Shown here piece after piece: positions 1 to 10,184 of a stretch of DNA of 64,000 nucleotides; position 1 is the first letter of the stretch; each line of letters begins with the position of its first letter. This stretch comes from Ostreococcus lucimarinus (Eukaryota), in the NCBI GenBank assembly GCA_000092065.1, contig CP000582.1. One strand, 5' to 3'. Made by a program: the position numbers and the translations under genes. The notes beneath the pieces are model-generated. The model was not told where the DNA came from, searched no databases, and saw nothing but the letters and a program-made list of their open reading frames with translations.

Positions 1-545
1 TCGTCGCCATTTGCTCCTCGGGCATCATCCACGCGTTCATGTCCTTCCAAGATCCGCAAAACTTTGACTTCAGCACGCTGAACGATCGCATTCAACTCAT
101 CGACGACAAGCTTCCGGAATTCGAACAAGATGAAGATTCCAATCCGAAGCAGCTCGAGGCCGCGCTCGCGTGGATCAAGAAGTGGGGCATTGGCTTCACC
201 TTCGTCATGATTGTCCTCTGGCCGGTCTTCTCGCTCCCGGCGGGTTGCGGCACCTCCGCAGGCTGCGGTGTCTTCAACAAGGGTTACTTCAACCTTTGGG
301 TTGGCATCGCCCTCGCGTGGGGCACCGTCGCCACCGCGGTGATCATCCTCCTGCCTGTGTACGAATCTTGGGATTCCATCTCCGTCGTCTTGAAGGGCAT
401 GTTCACCAACGACGACGTGCACATGCGCATGGATGTCCTCGAAAGCAAGATCGACGCGCTTCTCGCGCCGGGCTCCACGAAGTCTACCGAGAAGTTGTCT
501 CAGCAACCGGGTTACCGTGCGAAGCTCATCGCCGGCCACCTGTAA
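1..545 (+). CDS. C-terminal part of a DUR3-like urea/solute symporter (SSS family); 5' end lies outside the window
   Basis: The frame is open from base 3 and the ORF-track Met at 39 is internal. The last two hydrophobic helices (GIGFTFVMIVLWPVFSLP, LWVGIALAWGTVATAVIILLPVY) plus a hydrophilic tail fit the C-terminus of Na/solute symporters. Position immediately beside urease, UreG and UreD supports a urea transporter call. Confidence 0.5.
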   Translation, partial: VAICSSGIIHAFMSFQDPQNFDFSTLNDRIQLIDDKLPEFEQDEDSNPKQLEAALAWIKKWGIGFTFVMIVLWPVFSLPAGCGTSAGCGVFNKGYFNLWVGIALAWGTVATAVIILLPVYESWDSISVVLKGMFTNDDVHMRMDVLESKIDALLAPGSTKSTEKLSQQPGYRAKLIAGHL

Positions 546-716
546 GTCGTGACCCGACTGACGCGGCGAACGCCACGAGCGAACCGCGCAAAGCTACATT
601 TATTCACTTTACAGCAGTACGAAGTCATCCGTTGTTGCTTCAGATAGATTTAGTGATCGAAATTCTTCATTCAGTATTGTAATTTTTTACATTAATATCT
701 TTCCTGCAACCGTCGT

Positions 717-3239
717 TCACACGATAAAGTATCTTCTCGCGAGGGGCAGCTCTTGCGCAGGCTGACTTTTCAACACGACACCGTCTGCTCGAACCTCATA
801 TGTTTCTGGATCGACTTCTATCCTCGGGCACGCGTTATTCAAAACCATATCGTCTTTGCTAAGGCCTCTGCATTTGACCACAGCCTCGACGCGTTTATTG
901 AGACCGTACTCGGCGCCAACATCCGCGGCGGCGGCCGCGGCGCTCACGAACGCTATGCAAGTCTTCCCCGGTTTGAGAGCACCGAACATTCCTCGCATGA
1001 TGACAGGCTCAGGAGTCGGAATACTTGCATTTGGATCACCCATCTGCGCCCACGCGATTTGTCCGCCTTTAACGACGATTTCTGGCTTGGCGCCGAAGAA
1101 AGCTGGCTTCCAAATGACGACGTCGGCGAATTTTCCCACTTCTAGGCTGCCGACCTTGTGCGACATGCCATGAGCTATGGCAGGATTGATGGTATACTTC
1201 GCTACATACCGTTTCACCCGAACGTTATCCGCACCCGAGTTTGCATCTTCTTCAAGAAAACCTCGTTGTTCTTTATTAGAGTGTGCGGTTTGCCACGTGC
1301 GGCGAATGACTTCTCCGACCCGTCCCATGGCTTGCGAGTCGCTCGCCATGATACTAAGCGCACCCATATCGTGAAGAACATCTTCGGCCGCGATAGTTTC
1401 TGCACGAATGCGTGATTCAGCAAACGCAACGTCTTCCGGGATCTCGGGATCGAGATGATGGCACACCATGAGCATATCCAGATGCTCGTCCACGGTATTT
1501 TTTGTGTATGGTCGTGTTGGGTTCGTGGATGAAGGAAGGACCATTTTTTCACCACAAACCTTGATGATATCCGGCGCATGGCCACCACCAGCACCTTCAG
1601 AGTGATACGTATGAATAGTGCGACCTTTGAAAGCCTCAATGGATTTTTCGACGCAGCATGATTCGTTGAGCGTATCCGTGTGAATGGTGACGGCGACGTC
1701 GTACTCTTCTGCAATGGTGAGACAGTTGTCGATCGCAGCCGGTGTTGTGCCCCAATCCTCGTGTAGTTTCATACCGACAGCACCAGCTTTTATGATTTCG
1801 TGCAAGCCTTCGGGCGACGCCGTGTTTCCCTTGCCAGTGAACGCGAAATTGAGTGGTAGCGCATCCGTCGTCTCAAGCATGAACTGCATGTGCGCAGCAG
1901 AGGGCGTACACGTGGTCGCGCACGTTCCCGACGCTGGTCCTGTACCGCCGCCAAGGAGGGTTGTGATGCCGCTAGCGACAGCCTCAGTGCACAGTTGCGG
2001 ACAAATGTAGTGAATGTGCGTGTCCAGTGCTCCCGCGGTGACGATACATCCTTCCGCGGCAATGGCTTCGGTATTCACGCCGACAACCATCCCAGGGGTC
2101 ACGTCAGCGACGTCTGGATTACCACCGTGACCTATACCAACGATGTGACCATCTTTAATGCCGATATCAGCCTTATAAATACCACTATGATCGACTATCA
2201 GTGCGTTCGTGATGATTGTGTCGAGAGAATCAGCGTCGCCGACACCCGCCTGCTGCGACATTCCCTCGCGAAGCGTCTTACCGCCGCCAAATTTGGATTC
2301 TTCACCTTTCATCGTCAAGTCGCGCTCGGGGGTGATGTAAAGGTTCGTATCTCCCAGTCGTACGCGATCACCGATTGTGGGTCCGTACATGTGCGCGTAC
2401 TTGTGTCTCGGAATCATCAACGGCTCACCTTCGCCCAAATCGTCAGCGTCGACGTGCCCGAAGCCGCCGTCGATCACCCGCTTCATGACTTCGTCCAACC
2501 GATCCGCGGTCGCGGGTCCATTCACCAAATTGTTCCCACCTTTGACCACCCGGTTACCAGCGATATTCACCATATTCACAGTTTTCGACTCTCCAGGCTC
2601 GAATCGCACCGCCGTGCCGCTCGGAATGGCCAAACGCGCTCCGTACGCTCGCCGGCGATCAAACGTCAGAAACCGATTCGCCTCGATGAGGTGAAAGTGG
2701 CTTCCCACTTGAATCGGTCGATCACACGTGTTCGTTACCTTCAGTTTTCGTTTCGGTCTTCCCGCCAGGAGCTCTAAAGAATCCTTCGACGTACGAACCT
2801 CCCCCGGCGCCGGTGTCTTCTCCTTTGTCGCCGGAGGAAACGCCTTCTCGCTCGGTTTCGGTAAAAACGATCCCAGCAGCGCGAGTTCGAGATCGACGTC
2901 ATCCGCACATATCGCATCGTGAATCGTGATCAACTTCGTCCCATCGTCGAACGTCGTCTCTATCTGCACGTCGCCCACGAGTTCCGGGACGCCGTCGAGC
3001 ACGTGTCGTCGTCCGAGCACGCGCTTTCCCAAATCCTGCACCTCCACCGACGTCAGCGCGCGCCGTTCCCCGTCCTTATCGAACTTTGGATCTCTCACGA
3101 GCTCGACGCACTGCATCGCGATCAACGCCACGGCCTCCGGGTGGTTCAAACGCATTCCACGCGCGAGTCTTCGCTGCGCCACGCGTCCCGCGGCGAAGAG
3201 AATGTTCAGTTTATCGATCTCACACGGCGTGAGACGCAT
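717..3239 (-). CDS. URE: Urease, single-chain eukaryotic type (gamma-beta-alpha fused), 841 aa
   Basis: Continuous ORF with N-terminus [18 protein letters not shown] (gamma-like). Alpha-subunit motifs present: [51 protein letters not shown]. Start trimmed from the ORF-track 3869 to the ATG at 3239, where homology begins. Confidence 0.93.
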   Translation of the reverse strand: MRLTPCEIDKLNILFAAGRVAQRRLARGMRLNHPEAVALIAMQCVELVRDPKFDKDGERRALTSVEVQDLGKRVLGRRHVLDGVPELVGDVQIETTFDDGTKLITIHDAICADDVDLELALLGSFLPKPSEKAFPPATKEKTPAPGEVRTSKDSLELLAGRPKRKLKVTNTCDRPIQVGSHFHLIEANRFLTFDRRRAYGARLAIPSGTAVRFEPGESKTVNMVNIAGNRVVKGGNNLVNGPATADRLDEVMKRVIDGGFGHVDADDLGEGEPLMIPRHKYAHMYGPTIGDRVRLGDTNLYITPERDLTMKGEESKFGGGKTLREGMSQQAGVGDADSLDTIITNALIVDHSGIYKADIGIKDGHIVGIGHGGNPDVADVTPGMVVGVNTEAIAAEGCIVTAGALDTHIHYICPQLCTEAVASGITTLLGGGTGPASGTCATTCTPSAAHMQFMLETTDALPLNFAFTGKGNTASPEGLHEIIKAGAVGMKLHEDWGTTPAAIDNCLTIAEEYDVAVTIHTDTLNESCCVEKSIEAFKGRTIHTYHSEGAGGGHAPDIIKVCGEKMVLPSSTNPTRPYTKNTVDEHLDMLMVCHHLDPEIPEDVAFAESRIRAETIAAEDVLHDMGALSIMASDSQAMGRVGEVIRRTWQTAHSNKEQRGFLEEDANSGADNVRVKRYVAKYTINPAIAHGMSHKVGSLEVGKFADVVIWKPAFFGAKPEIVVKGGQIAWAQMGDPNASIPTPEPVIMRGMFGALKPGKTCIAFVSAAAAAADVGAEYGLNKRVEAVVKCRGLSKDDMVLNNACPRIEVDPETYEVRADGVVLKSQPAQELPLARRYFIV

Positions 3240-3485
3240 CGTTCGCGCGCCTTCTTTCGCCGACGACGCCGCGAGCTTTGATATGTTCGTCCGCGTTGGC
3301 GCCCGCGACCCGGCGACGCTTCCGCGCGCGAGAAAGTGCCGCGCGACGCGCGATGCGAAAAGCGCACTTTTCCGCGACCTTTCGCGACGCGTCACCGCGC
3401 GACGCCCCTGGGCGCTTCGACGGCCCGCGCGCGCGACGGCGGCGCGACGGTGGCTCAAAAATCGATCGCGCGACGGCTCGGCGCG

Positions 3486-4286
3486 ATGTCCGGCGACGCG
3501 CACGCGCACGCGCACTCGCACGGGAGCGATGAGGTGGAATTCGGCGAATTGCACGCGCACGACGGCTTGAAGCCGCACCGACACGAGCGGTTGTACGGAC
3601 CGGGATCGTTCGCGAAGCGCCGGAAGGGCGCGAAAGTTCGAGCGCAAACGTTCGCCGATCGCGCGTACACGGTCGGGATCGGAGGACCCGTGGGCACGGG
3701 GAAGACGGCGCTGACGCTGGCGCTGTGTCGAGCGCTGCGGGACGCGTACGACGTCACGGCGGTGACGAACGACATCTTCACCAGGGAGGATGGAGAGTTT
3801 TTGATCGCGAACGATGCGTTGGGAGATGCGAATCGCATTCGAGCGGTTGAGACGGGAGGGTGCCCGCACGCGGCGATCCGGGAGGATATATCGAGTAATC
3901 TGAACGCCGTCGAAGACCTCACGGCGGCGTATCCGGATTGCGATTTATGTTTGATGGAGAGCGGCGGCGATAATTTAGCGGCGAATTATTCGCGCGAGCT
4001 CGCGGATTACATCGTGTACGTCATCGATGTGTGTGGCGGGGATAAGATTCCGCGAAAAGGTGGACCAGGGGTGACGCAGGCGGATTTATTAGTCGTCAAC
4101 AAGTGCGAGCTCGCCGACGCCGTCGGCGCGTCGCTCGAAGTCATGGAACGCGACGCCAAGATCCAGCGCGAGGACGGCCCGGTGGTCATGGCGCAGGTCA
4201 AGAAAGGCGTCGGCGTGCGAGAGATCGCTCAGCACATCCTCGACGATTGGGCCGCGCAGACCGGGCGCGAGAAGAAACCGTTCTAG
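3486..4286 (+). CDS. UREG: Urease accessory GTPase UreG with His-rich N-terminal extension
   Basis: P-loop [33 protein letters not shown]-terminus [14 protein letters not shown]...[12 protein letters not shown] is a His-rich nickel-binding-like tract. Start set to the ATG at 3486 in the 3336 ORF. Confidence 0.9.
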   Translation: MSGDAHAHAHSHGSDEVEFGELHAHDGLKPHRHERLYGPGSFAKRRKGAKVRAQTFADRAYTVGIGGPVGTGKTALTLALCRALRDAYDVTAVTNDIFTREDGEFLIANDALGDANRIRAVETGGCPHAAIREDISSNLNAVEDLTAAYPDCDLCLMESGGDNLAANYSRELADYIVYVIDVCGGDKIPRKGGPGVTQADLLVVNKCELADAVGASLEVMERDAKIQREDGPVVMAQVKKGVGVREIAQHILDDWAAQTGREKKPF

Positions 4287-4315
4287 TTTTAGTTTCGGTT
4301 TAGGGTTTAGGGTTT
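4284..4315. repeat. Interstitial telomere-like repeat: degenerate units then 2 perfect TTTAGGG plus TTT
   Basis: tagttttagtttcggTTTAGGGTTTAGGGTTT, between the UreG stop and the UreD start. Reverse complement gives tandem AAACCCTA telo-box-like motifs. Confidence 0.7.
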
Positions 4316-4474
4316 CCCGAAGAGACCTTTGCACTTTTTCACTTTTTCGCCGCATTAAAACTCTTCACTCTTCGTCGTCGAGCGCGCCGCTCGCCGACGT
4401 CGAGCCTCGCGGCTGAGCGTGATCACGCGTCTGTCCTCGCGCGCGCGGCGCGCGCGGCGCGCGAGACGGCGCAG

Positions 4475-5485
4475 ATGCGTCGCGCGTTCGCCGGTGACTC
4501 TTCAGCGCGGCGCGCGTGTTCCATCGCCGCGCTCGACGTCACGCGCGCCAACGGCCGTTCCGCGGTGACGCGATGCTACGCGGAGTACCCGGTAAAGTAT
4601 CTCACGCCCAAGCGCGGGATCGATGGCGATTGCGATTGCGCGTGGGCGTACGCGGTGAACATGGGCGGCGGTTTGGTGAGCGGCGACGCGAGCGGGACGA
4701 CGATTCGCGTGGACGACGGATGCGCTTTGGCGTTGGCGACGCAAGGCACGCAAAAGGTGTATAAACATAATAAACGACGATGGAATGACGATGCGAAGGC
4801 GGGCGAGGGTGATGGACGATCGAATGTGGGGGAGACCACGTCGGCGCTGTACGCGAGCGTCGGCGACGGCGGGTTGTTGGCGTTGCTACCAGATCCTACG
4901 CAAATATTCGCCGATGCCGTGTTTCGACAGACGCAAACGATCGATATGCACGAACATGGGTCGTGCGTGTGCGTGGATTGGATAACGGCGGGAAGGGTCG
5001 GGTACGGAAACGAGCGATGGGCGTTCAAGAGGGCGGACGTGCGCACGCGCGTGACGTCAAACGGCGAACCCGTCGTCGTCGAAGCCACGCGTCTAGAGGC
5101 GTCTTCGCGCGATTCACTGAACGCCGAAATCTCGCTCGCGATGAGAATGGGTGCGGTGAACGTGGTCGCGTCGCTCATCATCGTCGGTCCCCGCGTGCGG
5201 GAACTCGCGAAATCGTGCGGCGATTGGGCCCGCGATTCGGCGACGCGCAGTATGGCTCACGGCGGCGCTTCCTGGGTGCGCGCTTCCCCTGGCAGCGTCA
5301 CACAAACCGACCCACAATCAAAATTTTTCGTTTCTGCGAGCGATTTACCCCTCCCACACTCCGGCATCGTCCTCCGTTTCTTCGCCGCGGATTCCGAATC
5401 CGTGCAAGACGTCCTCCGCTCGCTTCTCGCCCCGCTCGCGTCTCAGCTCGGCGCTCCTCCCTACGACGAGCGCGGCGGTTCCTGA
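4475..5485 (+). CDS. URED: Urease accessory protein UreD/UreH
   Basis: YPVKYLTP, NMGGGLVSGD, ALATQGTQKVYK and a C-terminal region typical of the UreD family. ATG at 4475. Confidence 0.8.
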   Translation: MRRAFAGDSSARRACSIAALDVTRANGRSAVTRCYAEYPVKYLTPKRGIDGDCDCAWAYAVNMGGGLVSGDASGTTIRVDDGCALALATQGTQKVYKHNKRRWNDDAKAGEGDGRSNVGETTSALYASVGDGGLLALLPDPTQIFADAVFRQTQTIDMHEHGSCVCVDWITAGRVGYGNERWAFKRADVRTRVTSNGEPVVVEATRLEASSRDSLNAEISLAMRMGAVNVVASLIIVGPRVRELAKSCGDWARDSATRSMAHGGASWVRASPGSVTQTDPQSKFFVSASDLPLPHSGIVLRFFAADSESVQDVLRSLLAPLASQLGAPPYDERGGS

Positions 5486-5524
5486 TTACATTCTCCATCA
5501 TTTGTACACTACACTTCTAGTTTT

Positions 5525-5935
5525 CTAGTCATTCTTCGGCGTCCCCATTCCCGCCGCGGCCTCCGCGTCTCGCTCGTCGTGCGGCCGCTCGCCCGTCTTC
5601 AGTCGCTTCACCGCGCGCTTGTAATCCTTCGTCTTCATGTGGCTCTCCAGCCCCTCGCGCGTGCTGAACCTTCGACCCGTGGCGACGGCAAAGTACGTCC
5701 CGACGTCCTCATCGATCGCCGTCTGATTCGCGCCCTCGATCAGGTCGAGCGCGGTCGCGCCGCGTTTCAGCGGTGTCCCGTTCGCGGCGGCGGCGGCGGC
5801 GTGAAACGCCTCGAAACGCACGTCCGCGTGCGTCGAACTGGCGTACCCGACGCGGCGAGCGGTTTTACATAAATGCGTCTTCGTCGCGCGACCGGCGGTC
5901 TTGCGCTTGACCTTGCTGCCCTTCTTTTGACCCAT
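5525..5935 (-). CDS. Bud20 / ZNF593-like ribosome-biogenesis protein with degenerate C2H2 finger
   Basis: Basic N-terminus MGQKKGSKVKRK. ESHMKTKDYKRAVKRLK aligns with the ZNF593 KTHFRSKDHKKRLKQL. C-terminal EAAAGMGTP matches the ZNF593 ERAAGMGSY. Cys/His ligands replaced (YFAVATGRRF, DYKR). Confidence 0.6.
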   Translation of the reverse strand: MGQKKGSKVKRKTAGRATKTHLCKTARRVGYASSTHADVRFEAFHAAAAAANGTPLKRGATALDLIEGANQTAIDEDVGTYFAVATGRRFSTREGLESHMKTKDYKRAVKRLKTGERPHDERDAEAAAGMGTPKND

Positions 5936-6007
5936 GGGACAGAGGCGAGGTGTGCGGGACGGCGAGAGACGCGAATTCGCGATGATGCATATTGATTGAT
6001 GAGCGCG

Positions 6008-6592
6008 CTAAGACGCGGGCGTGGTGAGGAGATGACCGTCTGGATGCATCGTGCGCAGGGTGAGGCTGACGCGATGGGCGCGAGGCACGGCGATGGCGTC
6101 GAAGACGTCTTCGTAACGCGCCGGGATGGCGTGGGTGAACCGGCGACGCGCGTCGCCGCGGATGAAGAGCAAATCACCGTGATCGAGACGCACCGCGGTC
6201 GTCGCGATTGAACTATGTTCGCGCTCGACGGGCTCGAATTCCATGGTGATGGTCGATCGGAGGCTGAGAGAGACGACGACTTCGCCGAAGGCGGCCAAAT
6301 CGACGTGCTTCGACAACCCGCCTGGCGGAACGTACTGGTTCACGATGCACTGGGAAAATGCGAATAAATCGCCCTCGTGCGTGTCGATGAATTTCGTCTC
6401 CAGAGCGATGCCGCGCAGTCTGCGGGCGAATGCGTTGAGCCAGTCGGGTAGAGGCGAGAATCGCATCGCCTGCTCGTTTTCAAGCCATCCCTCGTGCGCC
6501 AGCGCGGCGTCTATGGAGGCTAACTCATTCGCCGTGAACGCGTGCTTGATGTGCATCAACCCTTGGGGGACATCATAGGCTTTATAAATCAT
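6008..6592 (-). CDS. AlkB-like 2OG/Fe(II) dioxygenase (ALKBH6-like)
   Basis: CIVNQYVPPGGLSKHVD, VVSLSL, a second His in RFTHAI, and a C-terminal Arg-containing strand give the HxD...H double-stranded beta-helix signature. Confidence 0.6.
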   Translation of the reverse strand: MIYKAYDVPQGLMHIKHAFTANELASIDAALAHEGWLENEQAMRFSPLPDWLNAFARRLRGIALETKFIDTHEGDLFAFSQCIVNQYVPPGGLSKHVDLAAFGEVVVSLSLRSTITMEFEPVEREHSSIATTAVRLDHGDLLFIRGDARRRFTHAIPARYEDVFDAIAVPRAHRVSLTLRTMHPDGHLLTTPAS

Positions 6593-6619
6593 CTCATGGG
6601 GCGCACCATGCCCTCGCGG

Positions 6620-7450
6620 TCAGTTTCCCGCGAACATCGCGTCGAGCGCGTCGAGCGCCACCTTGGTCTCGGCGTTGGCGCTGGCGTCGCCCTCGTCCGT
6701 CATCGCCGCGATCATCTCCCGAGTCTTGGCGATGCGAGCGATCGTCGCTGGGTTTCGAAAATCGTCCACCGCCTTGGGATTCTTTTCGAAGTCCACGCAT
6801 CGAGCTATGTCGAGGAGCACGCGCGCCGCGGCTTCTCTGCAGTTGATGTCGGCTGATTCGAGACACTTGGCCGCATTCGCGATCGCCCCGAACTCCACCG
6901 CCGACGCCATGTTCCCCTCGCTTTGCGTAAAGACGTGTTTGCCCAGAACCAAAGCCTTCACTCGCACGCGCTCAGCGCCGTCGTGCCCGATCAATTTCGC
7001 GCACGCGGCCGCGCCGCCTCCCAACGAAAACGCTCGCTGCGCGTCGTCGCAACCGCGTGTCAGGGAACTCAACGCAAACAGCGCCTTGCCTCGCACCTCG
7101 TCGTCCGCATCGGATATCGCGGCTTCGATCAATACCCCCATCGCGCCCTCCTCCAGCGCGTGTTTCTGCGCCTTGGGATGATTTTGCGTCGTCGTCGCCA
7201 GCGCCTCCGCCGCGAGCGCTCGCACGCTCGCCCGAGAGCACTTCATCGTTCCAATCAGCGCTTCCATCCCCCCGATCGTGTGTAAATCCCCCGCGTTATC
7301 TACATTCTCCACGCGTTCGATCAAATCCTCCAGAACCATCTCCAATCGCTCCCCATCCTCCTCGCTCGTCGTCTCTCCGCGCGCCGCGTTCCGCAGCGCC
7401 TCCACGTCCTCCTTCATCTTCTTCACCTCATCCACGAGCCCACTCGCCAT
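6620..7450 (-). CDS. Hsp70 nucleotide-exchange factor Fes1 / HspBP1-like (armadillo repeats)
   Basis: VENVDNAGDLHTIGG, RALAAEALATTTQNHPKAQ and VRGKALFALSSLTRG match the Fes1/HspBP1 family pattern. Confidence 0.7.
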   Translation of the reverse strand: MASGLVDEVKKMKEDVEALRNAARGETTSEEDGERLEMVLEDLIERVENVDNAGDLHTIGGMEALIGTMKCSRASVRALAAEALATTTQNHPKAQKHALEEGAMGVLIEAAISDADDEVRGKALFALSSLTRGCDDAQRAFSLGGGAAACAKLIGHDGAERVRVKALVLGKHVFTQSEGNMASAVEFGAIANAAKCLESADINCREAAARVLLDIARCVDFEKNPKAVDDFRNPATIARIAKTREMIAAMTDEGDASANAETKVALDALDAMFAGN

Positions 7451-7780
7451 GGCGTCGTAGAACCATTTGCGCTCCTCGTCCGTGAACTTTCGCGCCTTCG
7501 GCGCGTCTTTCGCGTCCTCGGCGTCGTGTTTGCCCTGCTGCGAGAGCGACCTGCGCGGATTCGTGTGTCACTCAGTCTGCAGTCAAATTTCGTCAAATAT
7601 CTGTCCGTCCCGCGCGACGCGCGTGTCACCGTCTTCGTTCGTCGTCGTCGTCCCTCGCGTCGCGCGTCGCGCGTCGCGCGCTCGCGCGCACCATTTCAAA
7701 AGCGCGCTCCACGTCGAGTTATCCGGCGCGTCGTCGCGCGCGCTCGCGCCGTCGTTCGACATTTCGCGACGCGTCGCGCA

Positions 7781-8119
7781 ATGCCGGCCGCGCTGTCCCG
7801 AGCCGTGTTTCGCGCACCGCGCGTCGCGCGCGCGCCGCGCCGCGCGCCGCGCGCGCGCGCGCGACGCGCGCGGACGTTCGCCGAACCGGAGAAGTCGTCC
7901 GAGGGCGAATACGGGCTGAATCCGCTCACGGGGGAGCCGCTGGAAGCGAAAGGGCAACTCACCGCCATCGTCACGGGCGTCGTGAGCGTCGCGCTGGCGC
8001 TCGGGTACTTGGCGTTGGTGCAGGTGATGGACTCGAGGGAGATGGTGGCGCCGCCCGAGGAGGCCTTCGGCGACGGGAGCGTGCGGCCGGCGGATGAGCG
8101 GGCGCGTAGGGGGGAGTGA
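7781..8119 (+). CDS. Hypothetical small single-pass membrane protein with Ala/Arg-rich organellar presequence
   Basis: ATG at 7781 (MPAALSRAVFRAPRVARAPRRAPRA...) followed by one TM helix LTAIVTGVVSVALALGYLALVQV. Sits divergent from the Fes1-like gene. No family assignment. Confidence 0.35.
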   Translation: MPAALSRAVFRAPRVARAPRRAPRARARRARTFAEPEKSSEGEYGLNPLTGEPLEAKGQLTAIVTGVVSVALALGYLALVQVMDSREMVAPPEEAFGDGSVRPADERARRGE

Positions 8120-8330
8120 GACGCGCGAGCGGGACGCGAGGGCGAGCGGAGCGACGCGCGAGGCGAAAAAAAATGTTTTGTGTAGTAGAGATGTTGAATA
8201 TGAAAGAATGGCGCGCTGTCTGCGTGATGTTCTATCGTCGTTCGTTCGCGCGAGACGCTGTGGACGGATCGGTGTGGATGGACCGGCGTCGACGACTCGA
8301 CGCGACGCGAGACGCGGAGGACGCGCGGTT

Positions 8331-9932
8331 TCAGTCTCGCGAGGCGGGCAAGATTTCAACCTTGCAGTTCTCCTTTAACCACTTGAACGCGAGCTTACCC
8401 TCCAAAGCATCTTGCGCTTGGAGGTAAAGCTGATTCTCGTTGTACTCCGTACCGAACTCCTCGAATTCTAGCTTGGCTTTTTCGACCTCTTCGTAGAGCG
8501 CCTCGCCGGTGACTTCGAGGTTTTCGAGCTTGGCCAAGTGCTCGCACGCGATGGTGCGTCGGCACACGCGCTCGATTTCGTCCTTTTGCTTGGTGAGGTA
8601 CTCGTTCACCATTTTCGCCGACGCTAATTGCTCGAGCTGCTTGGGGGCTAATTTCTGCTTGACTTGCATGGCGAGAAGTTGCTCCGAGTACATGTTCCTG
8701 CCTTGCTCTTCGATGAGCGACTTGGGAATTTTGACATCGCAAATATCAGCCAAAGCGTCGACACACGCCTCGTCGATCGCTCGTTCCAAATCATACTCAT
8801 ACTTTGCGGTGATGCTATCCAAAATTTTCGCCTTAGCGTCGGCGATGGAGGTGGAGCCGGGGAAAATCTTCTCCGCCAAAGCGTCCGTCTCCTTCGGGAA
8901 CTCGCGCCCGAAGAGCTCGCTCACGGTGACGGTGAATTTTGCCTTTACGTTTCGCACGTACTCCTGCGGCCAATCGCCCGGGAACACGATCTCGAACGAC
9001 TTCTTGTCGCCGACTTCCATACCTACGATATTCTCGAGCAAACCGGGAAGCTTGATGTTGCCGCCGTCAGTGTCGAGTTGGAACGCCTTTTGTTGCATCC
9101 CTTGCAACGCGGCGCCGTCGGTGCCGTCGTCGTTGACGCGCACGGCGTCGATATCAACCACCGCAGCGTCTCCAGAGACGAGGCCACGATCGGTCACGAC
9201 ACGCAAGGTAGATTGATCCTTGAGCGCGTCGTTCCAAAACTTATCCGCATCGTACTGGGCGGTGGCATCATCCCCCGGGCTCTGCACCTTGACGCTCAAG
9301 CTCTTGTGATCCCCCGTAAACGCGACGGTCGGTTCCATCTCGACCATGACTTCATACTTCATGTCCTCGCACGGCGCCGAGTGCACGCCCGCGAAAGACG
9401 AAAACATATCCATAAAGTGCGTCGTAATTCGCTCGGAATCCTGCAACGCCGTCGCGGCGACGAGTTCCATCGCCTCCGGCAACGAGTTTTGCAACGCCTC
9501 CTCCACGCACGCGCTCTGGAATTCCTTCTTCCCCACGTGATTTATCAACAACTGCATCGGGATCTTCGTCGACGCCTTCGACCCTTTCTTCGACGCGTTA
9601 AATCCCGGCACCGTGACCGTATCGTTGAATCCATCGACGACGTTATCGTAGCACTTTTGCAGCAACGCCTCCGGGACGCGCACCGTGAGCTTCACCGCGC
9701 CGTCGCCCGCGTCCTCCTTATCCACCACGCATCCGCTCTTCGTCGTCACCGTCTCCGCGCCGCTCACCGCGCGCGTGAGAACGCTTCTCCGCGCCCTTCT
9801 CGTCGTCGCCGCGCCCTTCGTCGCGCGTTCGGCGACGCGCGACGAAGATTTTCGCGCGTTTGAGGTTTTAGGTCGGCTTCGCGCGTTCGTCCCGAGCGGC
9901 GTCGCGCGCGGCGCCGCGGTCGCCGCGAGCAT
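8331..9932 (-). CDS. TIG: Trigger factor, plastid-type (Tig) with N-terminal transit peptide
   Basis: Three-domain trigger-factor layout. FKBP-type PPIase core GMEVGDKKSFEIVFPGDWP...VKAKFTVTVSEL. Ser/Thr/Arg-rich presequence. Confidence 0.75.
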   Translation of the reverse strand: MLAATAAPRATPLGTNARSRPKTSNARKSSSRVAERATKGAATTRRARRSVLTRAVSGAETVTTKSGCVVDKEDAGDGAVKLTVRVPEALLQKCYDNVVDGFNDTVTVPGFNASKKGSKASTKIPMQLLINHVGKKEFQSACVEEALQNSLPEAMELVAATALQDSERITTHFMDMFSSFAGVHSAPCEDMKYEVMVEMEPTVAFTGDHKSLSVKVQSPGDDATAQYDADKFWNDALKDQSTLRVVTDRGLVSGDAAVVDIDAVRVNDDGTDGAALQGMQQKAFQLDTDGGNIKLPGLLENIVGMEVGDKKSFEIVFPGDWPQEYVRNVKAKFTVTVSELFGREFPKETDALAEKIFPGSTSIADAKAKILDSITAKYEYDLERAIDEACVDALADICDVKIPKSLIEEQGRNMYSEQLLAMQVKQKLAPKQLEQLASAKMVNEYLTKQKDEIERVCRRTIACEHLAKLENLEVTGEALYEEVEKAKLEFEEFGTEYNENQLYLQAQDALEGKLAFKWLKENCKVEILPASRD

Positions 9933-10184
9933 CGCGCGCGCGTGCGAGCGCGGCGCGAGAGAGCGCGGAGGCGTTCGGCGGTTCGGCGGGCGCGCGGATG
10001 GCGCGCGTCGTCGTCTGCGGCGCGCGCGGCGGCGCGCGGAAGCCCCCTTCGCGATAAGGTTTATACCTCATATTATGAGTGTCATATACGGTATGTAGTA
10101 CGTACACTGCACACACACCTAGGGTTCAGGCTCGCGCGGCAGAATCCAACCGACGACAGACGACGACGCGCGGCGCGCGCGCGC

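Noticed and set aside
717-5485. The ure genes considered as a bacterial ureABC-ureG-ureD operon (contamination or HGT fragment)
   Set aside because: The urease is a single fused chain of plant/fungal type, UreG carries a plant-like His-rich extension, the genes are on opposite strands with a eukaryotic-style bidirectional spacer, and the flanking genes (Bud20, Fes1, RPB6, IWS1 and others) are unambiguously eukaryotic.
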